Shown in pieces: positions 28,938 through 38,108 of a stretch of 64,000 nucleotides of DNA. Under the pieces are notes generated by a model. It was not told the origin of the DNA and did no database searches. It saw only the letters and a program-made list of their open reading frames with translations. The position numbers and the translations under genes are program-made. Position 1 is the stretch's first letter. Every line of letters starts with the position of its first letter. This DNA is from a bacterium (lineage in GTDB: Bacteria > Bacillota_I > Bacilli_A > RF39 > UBA660), in assembly GCA_030531905.1 (NCBI GenBank), contig JAUNMG010000003.1:3641-67640 (forward strand). Reading direction: 5' to 3'.

Positions 28938-29690
28938 CTAATCATTCTTTTCATACGTCTTTATAGTTTGAATAATTTGAAATAATCCATCGCTATAGTT
29001 CTTACTAAGATCAATATATTTCTTTGTTTGAAGAATTTTGGGTATTTCGCATTCTTCAAGCTTAACTGGTATTATTTTAATTTTGCCTGAATTTATTTCA
29101 TCCCACAACATTGTTTCCCATTCCTTTGTTACCCAGTTTGATTTCACTGAGTTATTTGATAAGAATAGTAATACAAATTCACATTCTTCTAATCCCTTAT
29201 TTATTTTTGATGTAATAGATTCTCCTGGTAATATATCGAAAGCATCTAACCATGTACTAATACCTTTTTCTTGTAAATCTAATGCTACAGATATGACTAT
29301 TGATTTATCAACAGATGAATGAGAAAGAAAAACCTTCTTATTTTTTAGTTGATTGGACTCTAGATAATGTTCAAATCTATTATATATTTCATAATCAATC
29401 AAATTTTTCTCCTCAATTAATTTTAATCTTTCAGAATCTGAAACACCTTTCCATAATTTAAGGGTAATTTCAGATTGCCTCCTTTTTAAATCTTCAGTGT
29501 TAAAATCATCAGTTATGTATTTATGTTCAATATAATAATATTTTGAGTTATCAAACATTTCTCCAAAATATATTACTGATTTTTCTATACCATCAAAATC
29601 AGTATCCTCATCATCATAATAACCAAATCTTCCCTTAAATTTTCCTCCAGTTATTTTTACCAATCCATAATTTCCTATATAACTTTTCAT
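28938..29690 (-). CDS. TIR-domain protein with an unrecognised about 125-aa N-terminal domain
   Basis: 250 aa. The C-terminal half reads KKVFLSHSSVDKSIV..LDLQEKGISTWLDAFDILPGESI...ECEFVLLFLSNNSVKSNWVTKEWE. That gives an FLSHS start, a conserved W-x3-E glutamate context and a strong RBS (AGAGGTG). Confidence 0.8.
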   Translation of the reverse strand: MKSYIGNYGLVKITGGKFKGRFGYYDDEDTDFDGIEKSVIYFGEMFDNSKYYYIEHKYITDDFNTEDLKRRQSEITLKLWKGVSDSERLKLIEEKNLIDYEIYNRFEHYLESNQLKNKKVFLSHSSVDKSIVISVALDLQEKGISTWLDAFDILPGESITSKINKGLEECEFVLLFLSNNSVKSNWVTKEWETMLWDEINSGKIKIIPVKLEECEIPKILQTKKYIDLSKNYSDGLFQIIQTIKTYEKND

Positions 29691-29951
29691 TATTACACCT
29701 CTTATTACAATTTTATTTATATGATTATTTACCTTTTATAAGTAGAGATAATATATTTTAAAAATATTTGTCTCTTTTTACGACTTTATTATATATAATA
29801 ATAATTTTATTTTCAAATCATTCCTATATAAAAGGTAATATTTTTCAAGAAACAGGAAAAATAAATATTATAATACATAATAAAAAATCAAGTTCATAAT
29901 GAATCTTACATCATTTGTCCTTGATTTTATATCTACTCATAAATTCTATTC

Positions 29952-30722
29952 CTATCTTATTATTAGTTGTTGTCCAATAGTTAAATATGTTGATAATAGA
30001 TTATTATCACTAATAATTTTATCTACAGTAGTATTGTTTTTTTGTGCAATAGACCATAGAGTATCACCCTTTTGTACTGTGTAGACAATTTGGTTTGTAG
30101 GTGGTATTTTTAATTGTTGTCCAATTTGAAGAGTTAGTGATGACAAATTATTATAATTAACTAAATCATTAACTGAAACACCAAGTTTTCTAGCAATAGA
30201 CCATAAGGAATCTCCCTTTACAACTACATAGGTGTCAGAAGTAACATCATCTTGAGATGGTATTCTTAACTTTTGACCTATTGTAATCAAATTACTGCTT
30301 AGATTATTAAGTTGTTTTAACTCATTAACAGATATACCAAATTTATTTGCAATTGACCATAAGGAATCTCCCCTTACAACTGTATAATAGTCACCAGTAA
30401 CTGTAGAAGTACCTGGAGCTGTATATGGGGTATTTGTATAGTCAGCAATTGCTTTTACAACACCTTCAGCATATTTATCTAAATCTGATTGAAGTTTTCT
30501 AAGATCTCTTTGGTTATCAATAAAACCATATTCAATTAAAACAGATTCCCTTGGAGAAGTTTCTCTTATTATATAATAATAATCCTTGTTAGGATTTTCT
30601 GGTAATCTTCTTTGATATACTTTTCTTTTAATTTGACCAGCATCACCAATATTATTTAAAATCATATTAGCAAATGTAGGATCATTACGTAAGGCGTAAA
30701 CCACTTCAGCACCTTCGCCACC
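29952..30722 (-). pseudogene. Amidase fragment 3 of 3: C-terminal half of the Amidase_3 domain plus three LysM repeats
   Basis: The frame opens just after a TAA and reads (NSS)GGEGAEVVYALRNDP...LIEYGFIDN (end of the MurNAc-LAA domain). Three copies of Y.VV.GDSLWSIA.K.G.SV..L...N.L.S..L..GQ.L.IP follow. There is no start codon of its own apart from an internal GTG. Confidence 0.85.
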
Positions 30723-30784
30723 TGATGAGTTTAGTTAGCATTATTGATTATTTTTCACAATATTTATACTTAGAAATAATTGCC

Positions 30785-31456
30785 TTAATCTACCTCTTCT
30801 AATATCCCTTCAATTAAATATTCATATAAAACATCACTTATTGTTTGAGAATACAATCCATCTTCAATATTTTGTCTTTCTGTAGCAACCTGACCAGTTC
30901 CATTCCAATATGCATATGATATTCTTGAAATTGAGTTTTTATCAAATGAGGAAATATCACAATTCCACATTCTTGTAACAATTTCCATATTACACTTTGC
31001 TACTTTAATGCACTTATCTAAATCTGTATTTGTAATTTTTAATTTGAATTTTTTCACTTTCGACAAATCAAACATTTTGGGATATAATCTGCTGGCCTTT
31101 TCACATGATTCATAGTCTCCAAAAGCATATAAACAAGAGAATCTAGATGGATACTCTTGTTTTCTATAAAATTCTAATATATATTCAACTTGATAACTAT
31201 TAATTACATTCATCAAATGTGACGTTGGTGAAAGAAAAGTTGTTGAATTAGGAATAAAAGGTGCATATGTAATATTTCCCATAATAAAATCATTTATATC
31301 TATATTTGATATTTCCAAATTCTTAAAACCACCAGAAATTAATGAATTATTTAATTTATAGTTATGATAATTTATTTTACTATATATACTATTACCAAGG
31401 CCTATAAATACATAAAAAACTTTAGGACAGTTCTCATCCATATTTATTAATTTCAT
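30785..31456 (-). CDS. Hypothetical protein, 223 aa (element A cargo)
   Basis: Strong RBS AAAGGAGGA. The only motif noticed is EYPSRFSCLYAFGDYESCEKA, an R...Y...E pattern loosely reminiscent of RES/ART-type toxins. This is unverified. Confidence 0.5.
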   Translation of the reverse strand: MKLINMDENCPKVFYVFIGLGNSIYSKINYHNYKLNNSLISGGFKNLEISNIDINDFIMGNITYAPFIPNSTTFLSPTSHLMNVINSYQVEYILEFYRKQEYPSRFSCLYAFGDYESCEKASRLYPKMFDLSKVKKFKLKITNTDLDKCIKVAKCNMEIVTRMWNCDISSFDKNSISRISYAYWNGTGQVATERQNIEDGLYSQTISDVLYEYLIEGILEEVD

Positions 31457-31489
31457 AAAAATATCCTCCTTTTATAAATTTACTATTTT

Positions 31490-31891
31490 TTAATTTTCTT
31501 CTAGTATATTTACAAATTTATTGTATAAATTATTGTTGTCATTATTTATCAAATCATCTTCTAACATTTTTTTACCCTTTCTTTTTAAGATACGCATTAC
31601 ACCAACTCTTATTAGAGCATGTCTGAGATTTTTTAAATATTGATTATAATTTGAAGTTACACTATTATTTTGATTTCTTTGAAATCCTCTTAAATTATTC
31701 TCTAGATTATCAAGAAATAACAATTCACTCTCATATCTTTTTCTCATGATTTCAACTATATTAAAATCAACAGGCATAATTCCATTAATCATGTTATCAA
31801 TTGTTTTCAAATCTGTAATATATTGAGAATCTTCCATACTATCTTTTACTTCATCTAATTTTTTTATTATTTTTTCAATAATATCAACCAT
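31490..31891 (-). CDS. Hypothetical helical protein, 133 aa (element A cargo)
   Basis: RBS AAGAAAGGAGAAAG. It lies 33 nt upstream of the 223-aa gene and is predicted helical. No family was recognised. Confidence 0.5.
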   Translation of the reverse strand: MVDIIEKIIKKLDEVKDSMEDSQYITDLKTIDNMINGIMPVDFNIVEIMRKRYESELLFLDNLENNLRGFQRNQNNSVTSNYNQYLKNLRHALIRVGVMRILKRKGKKMLEDDLINNDNNNLYNKFVNILEEN

Positions 31892-31971
31892 TTCACTTTC
31901 TCCTTTCTTAAATTTATTAATTACTATTATAAAACATAAAATCCGTAAAAAAACATAAATATATCAGAAAG

Positions 31972-32007
31972 CAAAAAATAAGCCCTAACTAGATAACTAG
32001 TTAGAGC
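31972..32007 (-). terminator. Rho-independent terminator after the element A recombinase gene
   Basis: The reverse strand reads GCTCTAACTAG-TTAT-CTAGTTAGGGC followed by TTATTTTTTG. It separates the recombinase from the downstream 133/223-aa pair. Confidence 0.65.
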
Positions 32008-32012
32008 ATATA

Positions 32013-33683
32013 TTAATCTTTACTATACTGATTTTTGCCTTTTCTACCATAAGTATTTCTTGCTAAATTTCTATTTTCATATTTAAAAGTTACCTCTGGT
32101 ACAATATCATATTTAAAACATATAGTAATATTTCTATCTTTATCTATAACTATTTTATCTACTAATGTATCAATTAATTCTTTTTTTGGTTTATTTAAAT
32201 CTAATAGTTTTTTTATTTTTTTAGTATAATCAGGCAAAATATTTGCTTTGTTTTTCATTTTATATTTTTTAACATTTTGATTTTCTATCTCTTCATTAAT
32301 TTGTTTTAATTTTTGTTCAAATTCACTTGCTAATTCTTTATATGTATCTGCTGATATTACTCCATCACACCTATCATTGTATAAAATTTTTAATCTACCT
32401 GTAATCTTTTCTTTTTCTATTTGAAATTCTTTAACCATTTTATCAATGTTAGTAGTTTCATTGTGAATACTTTTTACTACTTCATCATTTAATTCTTTTA
32501 TATTAAGTTCTTTTATTAATTTAGATATACACTTGTTAATTTGTTCTAATACTTGTTCTTCTAAATAATTATATGGGTAAAAATGAGAATAGCATCTACC
32601 TCTTACTGGATCTCTAGAATATCTATTGCAATTAACAGACCAATAATCTTGTTTTTTACGATAAAGAACGGTAAGTCTATTTTTACATTCTTTACAAAAC
32701 AACTTACCTTCTAATAATCTTTTTTCTCTATTCGTTTTAACCTCATAATTTCTAGTATTCCTTTTTCTTAAAGTATTAACATATTCAAATGTATCTTTAT
32801 CAACTAATGGTTCATGAGTGTTTTCTACTATAATCCATAACTTTTCATCTAATGTTATCTTCTTTTTAGATTTATAACTGACTTTAGTTTGAGTGTGCTG
32901 TACTAAATCACCAGTATATACTCTATTAGTTAATATCTTTTTTACTGTGGAGATATTCCAATTATCTCTATCAATTAATCTTGATGAATAATTAGTCTTT
33001 TTATATCCACTAGGTGTAATTACATTTGCTTTATTTAGTCTATTTGCTATTTCAGTAGGTCCAATACCATCAGCTCTCCATTTAAATATTTTTTTGACTA
33101 TTGGAGCAGTATCTGGATTTGGTATTAAATGCCCCTTATCTAATGGATCTCTCATATAACCAAAACATGGTAAACTTCCAACAAATTTTCCATTTTTTCT
33201 TTTTTCATTTAATACATTTCTAATTTTTATTGAATTTTGTTTGCTATAATAATCATTACAAGCAATTATAAATGTTGATGAATCATTGCTAGCTTGATTT
33301 TTAAAACTATCATATGATTCTAATATAGATATAAATCTTATATTATTTTCTGGAAAAAATGTTTCAATATAATAACCAGTCATAACATGATCTCTACCTA
33401 ATCTTGATAAGTCTTTTACTATTACACAATTTATCTTTTTACTGTTTATATCTTCTAACATACTTTGAAATCCAGGTCTTTCAAAATCGGTTCCTGAATA
33501 TCCATCATCAACATATTCTTTAACTAAATTAAAATTATTATTTTTAACATAACCTCTTAATAACTCTTTTTGATTAATTACACTTTCACTATCAGATTCA
33601 TATTTTTTATCTTTATCTTCTTGGGATAATCTTATATAGATTCCAACATTGAAATCGTTTGCCATTAAGTAAGTATTATACAT
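32013..33683 (-). CDS. Large serine recombinase (SpoIVCA/CisA-like)
   Basis: 556 aa. It has an N-terminal resolvase domain (VGIYIRLSQED catalytic Ser, VIVKDLSRLGRD), a recombinase domain, a Cys-rich zinc-ribbon region (CKEC...C..C) and a C-terminal coiled coil. Confidence 0.9.
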   Translation of the reverse strand: MYNTYLMANDFNVGIYIRLSQEDKDKKYESDSESVINQKELLRGYVKNNNFNLVKEYVDDGYSGTDFERPGFQSMLEDINSKKINCVIVKDLSRLGRDHVMTGYYIETFFPENNIRFISILESYDSFKNQASNDSSTFIIACNDYYSKQNSIKIRNVLNEKRKNGKFVGSLPCFGYMRDPLDKGHLIPNPDTAPIVKKIFKWRADGIGPTEIANRLNKANVITPSGYKKTNYSSRLIDRDNWNISTVKKILTNRVYTGDLVQHTQTKVSYKSKKKITLDEKLWIIVENTHEPLVDKDTFEYVNTLRKRNTRNYEVKTNREKRLLEGKLFCKECKNRLTVLYRKKQDYWSVNCNRYSRDPVRGRCYSHFYPYNYLEEQVLEQINKCISKLIKELNIKELNDEVVKSIHNETTNIDKMVKEFQIEKEKITGRLKILYNDRCDGVISADTYKELASEFEQKLKQINEEIENQNVKKYKMKNKANILPDYTKKIKKLLDLNKPKKELIDTLVDKIVIDKDRNITICFKYDIVPEVTFKYENRNLARNTYGRKGKNQYSKD

Positions 33684-34272
33684 TTATTTCTCCCTTTATC
33701 TTACTTAATTTGGTATTAAGACGTGTCCATAATAACAGCAAGATTAAGAAAGGACAAATCATTTTGTTTGTACTTCCTCTTCTTTTGATATTTGTTCGAT
33801 TAAATATTTTAAAATAAGATCTTTAAATGAAATGTTATTCAAATAGGTTTCTTCCATAATCAAACCACCTATTTAAATTTATGTTTTTACTAGTATTATT
33901 AATATAATTATTAAAATTATTTATTATTAGATCAAATGTCGTTTGAGTATAAAAGGGCTAACCGTTTAGAATTTTTTTTAGCATGTCGGATGTAAACTTT
34001 TCTTTGATATCTATGTTTATTAGTAAATGTAACTTAAATGTTCTTAAGCAATTACCACCTTTCAAGATAAGATGATAATACATAAGAATCACCTCCATAA
34101 AACAGAAAAAAGACATAAGTCCTCTTTACATATTGTTTCTATAATATAATACGCCTAAATCAAATTCCGTAAGATTTGAAGCTACATATTTCAAATCATA
34201 ATATCTCATCTTCTATAGTTGAATAATATAAATTATCCGTTTCAAATTTTAATTTTTCTATTGTCTTATTTA

Positions 34273-36141
34273 TTATTTATTCAATCTTTCTCTAAAATAA
34301 TTTTGAAGATCCTTATTAGTACAATAAATATAGCACCCTTTCATCCCTCTTGTCATTAAAGTTCTATAAGTATTCTTTATTATTTCATCGGAAATTCCAT
34401 ATTGTTCTTCTTTTGGATATAAGTCCAAGCCTCTTAGTGATGAATCAGTTTTTGCTCTTTTTGTATGATCCGTAATAATATGATCATCTTCATATCTCAT
34501 ATCATCTCCTATTATTACACCAACATAATCGAATTCTAACCCTTGTGTAGTATGGATGCAACCAGCTTGTTTTACCGTATTTTCACCTAAAGCAAATAAT
34601 TCTCCACCATCTAGATTCCAACTCATTTCAAAATTATATTCAGGAATAACTATATCATTATAATCAGGATCTGTTCTATTTATTTTAGGCCAATCCCAAC
34701 AATATCCAGCTACTATTCTAGATTTATTATTAATTTTATTTTTTTCTTCTATTGCATTTCTTAATTCATTAGGATCATCAAAAATTTTAAATTCATAATC
34801 AAAACCATCTATGTCAAAATTAGCAGTTTCTCTTATTTCTAGAACATTATCTAACCATGCAATATAACCGTCAGATCCATTGCATCTAAATTGACAATCT
34901 AACTCATATGTATATATGCCTGCATTCAATTGTTTAGCAAAATATTTAATTGTTTCTTCTCTACCAATATCTTTTAATGTTACTCTCTGATTTTCATCTA
35001 AAAAGAATATAGAAAATCTTGAAGAGTTAATTATTTCCTTCACCTGATTTTCACCGTGTCCAAAAAAATCAGATTTTTCTGTTAATCTATGTGCCTCATC
35101 AACAATTAAACAATCTATAGCATTGCTCTTTTCATCAACGAATTTACCCGATGATTGAAATAAATGGCCTATATATTTTTTAGTGAAATCCCCTCTGAGT
35201 TTATTTGAATATACACTTCTTGGAGTTGCACTTTTGGTAACGTAAAAACATGTCATATCTCTTTTATTTAACTCAACTAGTAAATTAACTGCTAAAACTG
35301 ATTTTCCTGTTCCAGGTCCACCTTTTACAATAAAAACATTCTTAGAATTTGTTGATAAAGTATCAATAGCATACATTAACGCATATTCATATACAATTTT
35401 TTGCGAATCTATCATATAAAACTCTTTATTTCCTTTTAACATACTACCCAAATTATCCTGTAGCATTTTTGAAGGCCTAATTTTACCATTTTCTACTTCA
35501 TATAATACTTTTTTATCATCGCCTATTTCAATATATTTCTTAATAAACTTTCTTAATTTTAAAACATCTCTTGCTGAAAAAATTGGAGCTTCCTTAACAT
35601 ATTCTTGATAATTACTTCTTAACAATGGATCGTTATCAGAAAAATAATAATTATGAAGAAAGGCACAAGGTCTTATATTAATTTTTTTATCTTCTACATT
35701 TGAATTATAATCTCTAATTAAATTTGCATATGTCATTGCCTGATAAGAAGGATGATTAACATCCCTTTTTTTGCTACCTGTATAGGTATTAACCTTATAA
35801 ATGCCATCTACTTTACCAACTTCTTCACATTCATCCCATTGTTTCAATTCAACAATAACAACTTCATGAGAATCCTTTTTACTGTATCCAGACATCATAA
35901 AATCAATTCTGTTTCCCGTTGGAGGAATATTATACTCTATAGCTATCCCAACATTATTCGGTATCTCATCATCATCTAAAACACCCCTCATATATTGCAT
36001 AGAATTTTTCCATGAATTATACTCCTGAATTGGTGGTTTTCTGTGAATTAATTCTATATATTTTTCTCTAATTTTATCAGCTATAATACCCAAATTTACT
36101 TCTTCAATAAAACTGGACTTTATTCCTTGATACACTAACAT
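34273..36141 (-). CDS. DUF2075-type (Schlafen-like) ATPase/helicase with an N-terminal PD-(D/E)xK nuclease-like domain
   Basis: 622 aa. The N-domain has RIDFMMSGY....VVIVELKQW (D...ExK). It also has Walker A GGPGTGKSV, Walker B LIVDEAHRL and a late helicase motif IHTTQGLEFDYVGVIIGDD. Confidence 0.75.
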   Translation of the reverse strand: MLVYQGIKSSFIEEVNLGIIADKIREKYIELIHRKPPIQEYNSWKNSMQYMRGVLDDDEIPNNVGIAIEYNIPPTGNRIDFMMSGYSKKDSHEVVIVELKQWDECEEVGKVDGIYKVNTYTGSKKRDVNHPSYQAMTYANLIRDYNSNVEDKKINIRPCAFLHNYYFSDNDPLLRSNYQEYVKEAPIFSARDVLKLRKFIKKYIEIGDDKKVLYEVENGKIRPSKMLQDNLGSMLKGNKEFYMIDSQKIVYEYALMYAIDTLSTNSKNVFIVKGGPGTGKSVLAVNLLVELNKRDMTCFYVTKSATPRSVYSNKLRGDFTKKYIGHLFQSSGKFVDEKSNAIDCLIVDEAHRLTEKSDFFGHGENQVKEIINSSRFSIFFLDENQRVTLKDIGREETIKYFAKQLNAGIYTYELDCQFRCNGSDGYIAWLDNVLEIRETANFDIDGFDYEFKIFDDPNELRNAIEEKNKINNKSRIVAGYCWDWPKINRTDPDYNDIVIPEYNFEMSWNLDGGELFALGENTVKQAGCIHTTQGLEFDYVGVIIGDDMRYEDDHIITDHTKRAKTDSSLRGLDLYPKEEQYGISDEIIKNTYRTLMTRGMKGCYIYCTNKDLQNYFRERLNK

Positions 36142-36163
36142 TTACTTCAACTCCCTAATAAAA

Positions 36164-36478
36164 CTATAACTTATTATATTTATTACTTACACCCTTTGCT
36201 TTTTCCACAGGATACTTTTGTGCTGATATCTCCATTTTTTCTAATATAATCTGCTTTGGATCCACACCTATTTGTGAACATAATAAAATACAATAATTCA
36301 TAACATCAGCTATTTCATATTTTAGTTCATCTTTGTCATAATTATTATTCCATTGAAAACATTCTAACAGTTCTCCGGCTTCTATAGAAATTGATTTAGC
36401 TAAATTTTCTGGCGTATTAAATTGTAGCCAATCTCGTTCTTCAGCAAATTCTCTGATTTTTTTAGTTAATTCTTCCAT
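36164..36478 (-). CDS. MazG-like all-alpha nucleoside triphosphate pyrophosphohydrolase
   Basis: 104 aa. The motifs are FAEERDW.QF.TP.NLA.SI.IEAGELLE.FQW and ...ELKYEIADV. It lies 22 nt upstream of the DUF2075 gene. Confidence 0.75.
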   Translation of the reverse strand: MEELTKKIREFAEERDWLQFNTPENLAKSISIEAGELLECFQWNNNYDKDELKYEIADVMNYCILLCSQIGVDPKQIILEKMEISAQKYPVEKAKGVSNKYNKL

Positions 36479-36598
36479 AAAACACCTCTTTTATCTCAAT
36501 TATATCACGAAAATTGGTAAAATTTGGATTTGAACTAAAAAATTATAAAAAAAGAAATTGAATCCTCTCATTACACAATAAAAAAAGAAATAGTTTAA

Positions 36599-37444
36599 TT
36601 ACTTTTTATCAAACAATTCTTCAACAATTAAATCTCTTGAATGTAAATTATTATTTTTACCTAATAATAGATTTTCATAAAATTTAACTAAATAACTACT
36701 ATCTTCTTTTATGTTTAAATAGTTATTAAAATAATTACTTCTTACTAAAGCATTTCTAAAATAAACTGATTTATCTTTAAACAGACTATTATCTACATTG
36801 TAACCTAAACTAATTAAATATTTTTCAATAAATAAAGCTGTAGTTCTAGTATTTCCTTCTCTAAAAGGATGTACTTGCCATATACTAGAAGAAAATTTAG
36901 TTATGTTATTAATAACCTCTACTATATTCATTTCTTCATAGTTTTTTTCTAATTCTTTCGATATATCATATTCTAATGATGCCGTTAAAGTAGTGCAATC
37001 TCCATACGCTACAGAATCATTATTAAGTATTTTTTCATGTTTAGAAAAATCTATTTTTCTAAATTCCCCAGCAAATTCATAGACATCCTGAAATAAAAAT
37101 TTATGAACATATTTCAAATAATCAACTGATAAATTAAAATTATCTTTATTTAATAATTCAACTATTCTAGTAGATACAAAATCACATTCTAATTCATTAT
37201 GATTTATTTCATTTTTATTTTCTTTTTCAATGTAATAATCTTTTAATTCTTTTTCTACTTCTTCTATTGTTAAATTACCTTCTACTTCTTCTTCCAATAA
37301 TTTTCCTAAGTATTTAGAAGGTTTTAAATTATCTACTTTTTGTAATCCAATAGCCATATCCCATTGTAATTGTTTTACATAATTTCTAGATTTATATTGT
37401 TCTTCATATTCATTAACACTTGAATCTAATTCTCTTTCGCTCAT
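36599..37444 (-). CDS. Fic/DOC family protein with a divergent active-site motif
   Basis: 281 aa. The Fic motif reads HPFREGNTRTTA against the consensus HPFx[DE]GNGRxxR: the second Gly is Thr and the last Arg is Ala. Confidence 0.75.
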   Translation of the reverse strand: MSERELDSSVNEYEEQYKSRNYVKQLQWDMAIGLQKVDNLKPSKYLGKLLEEEVEGNLTIEEVEKELKDYYIEKENKNEINHNELECDFVSTRIVELLNKDNFNLSVDYLKYVHKFLFQDVYEFAGEFRKIDFSKHEKILNNDSVAYGDCTTLTASLEYDISKELEKNYEEMNIVEVINNITKFSSSIWQVHPFREGNTRTTALFIEKYLISLGYNVDNSLFKDKSVYFRNALVRSNYFNNYLNIKEDSSYLVKFYENLLLGKNNNLHSRDLIVEELFDKK

Positions 37445-37669
37445 AATTTAGTCCTCCTAACTATGTATAATTGTATCATAAAACACCTAATAATAAAACT
37501 TTTACACCAATCGCATTTTTAATAATTTAAAAAAATTTCTTTGGTGATATCTTTTAATTATATTCTCATCATTTAAAATTTATAATTTCATCATTTTATT
37601 ATTTAATATAATTGTAAATTTTTGATAACTCAATTGTTAATATGTTATTTAAGAAGTGTGATCACTTAA

Positions 37670-37897
37670 TTATTTAACATCATCTATACTAAATTTGTTT
37701 TTTACTTTATAAAATTTGCACAAATAAATATAACATTTTTTAATTGCTTTCTCTACTATTTTTACATCTTCAATAAATTCATTATATCTATAATTTTCAT
37801 TTTCAGATAATAGATGAACATTATTATGTCTCTGAACAAATATATTATCCAGTTTTTTATAATAATTGCCTTTCATTTTATTATAAACATTTTCCAA
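37670..37897 (-). CDS. Hypothetical small protein, 75 aa
   Basis: An ORF only, with no motif. It is the first gene inside the right end of element A. Confidence 0.3.
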   Translation of the reverse strand: MENVYNKMKGNYYKKLDNIFVQRHNNVHLLSENENYRYNEFIEDVKIVEKAIKKCYIYLCKFYKVKNKFSIDDVK

Positions 37898-38108
37898 ATC
37901 AATGCTTGAATCTACTTTCTTGAAGTTTTCACAAGAAAATTTACTATTTTTTTAGTTAAAAAGAAAAAAGCAACATTTATTTTCTAAATAAATACTGTCT
38001 TAATGATGTTTACTATATTCCTAGATTAAACTATACTGTCTAATTTAATCGTTTAAATATAACCGTTTTAATACTCAATCAAATTATATAATGGTAACTG
38101 AACTCGTC

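Larger units (their letters stand above)
30723..38108 (-). mobile_element. Element A: about 7.4-kb serine-recombinase element inserted in the amidase gene
   Basis: It is bounded by amidase fragments 2 and 3. Its ends, TGATGAGTTTAGTTA (30723-30737) and TAACTGAACTCGTCA (38095-38109), are a 13/15 inverted repeat that would flank the crossover in a circularised element. It carries a large serine recombinase at 32013-33683. Confidence 0.8.

Noticed and set aside
28938-29690. Calling the TIR gene part of a Thoeris system.
   Set aside because: No ThsA-like SIR2/Macro-SLOG effector gene lies adjacent, nor any other recognisable partner. Only the TIR domain itself is supported.
29955-30400. About 150-nt tandem periodicity at the DNA level, possibly a repeat array.
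   Set aside because: It is explained by the three LysM coding repeats of the amidase 3' fragment. It has no CRISPR-like spacer/repeat structure.
37990-38060. Two copies of ACTGTCT(T)AAT about 45 nt apart near the right end of element A, as possible recombinase accessory sites.
   Set aside because: They are short AT-rich 11-12-mers with no matching copies seen at the other end. The support is insufficient.
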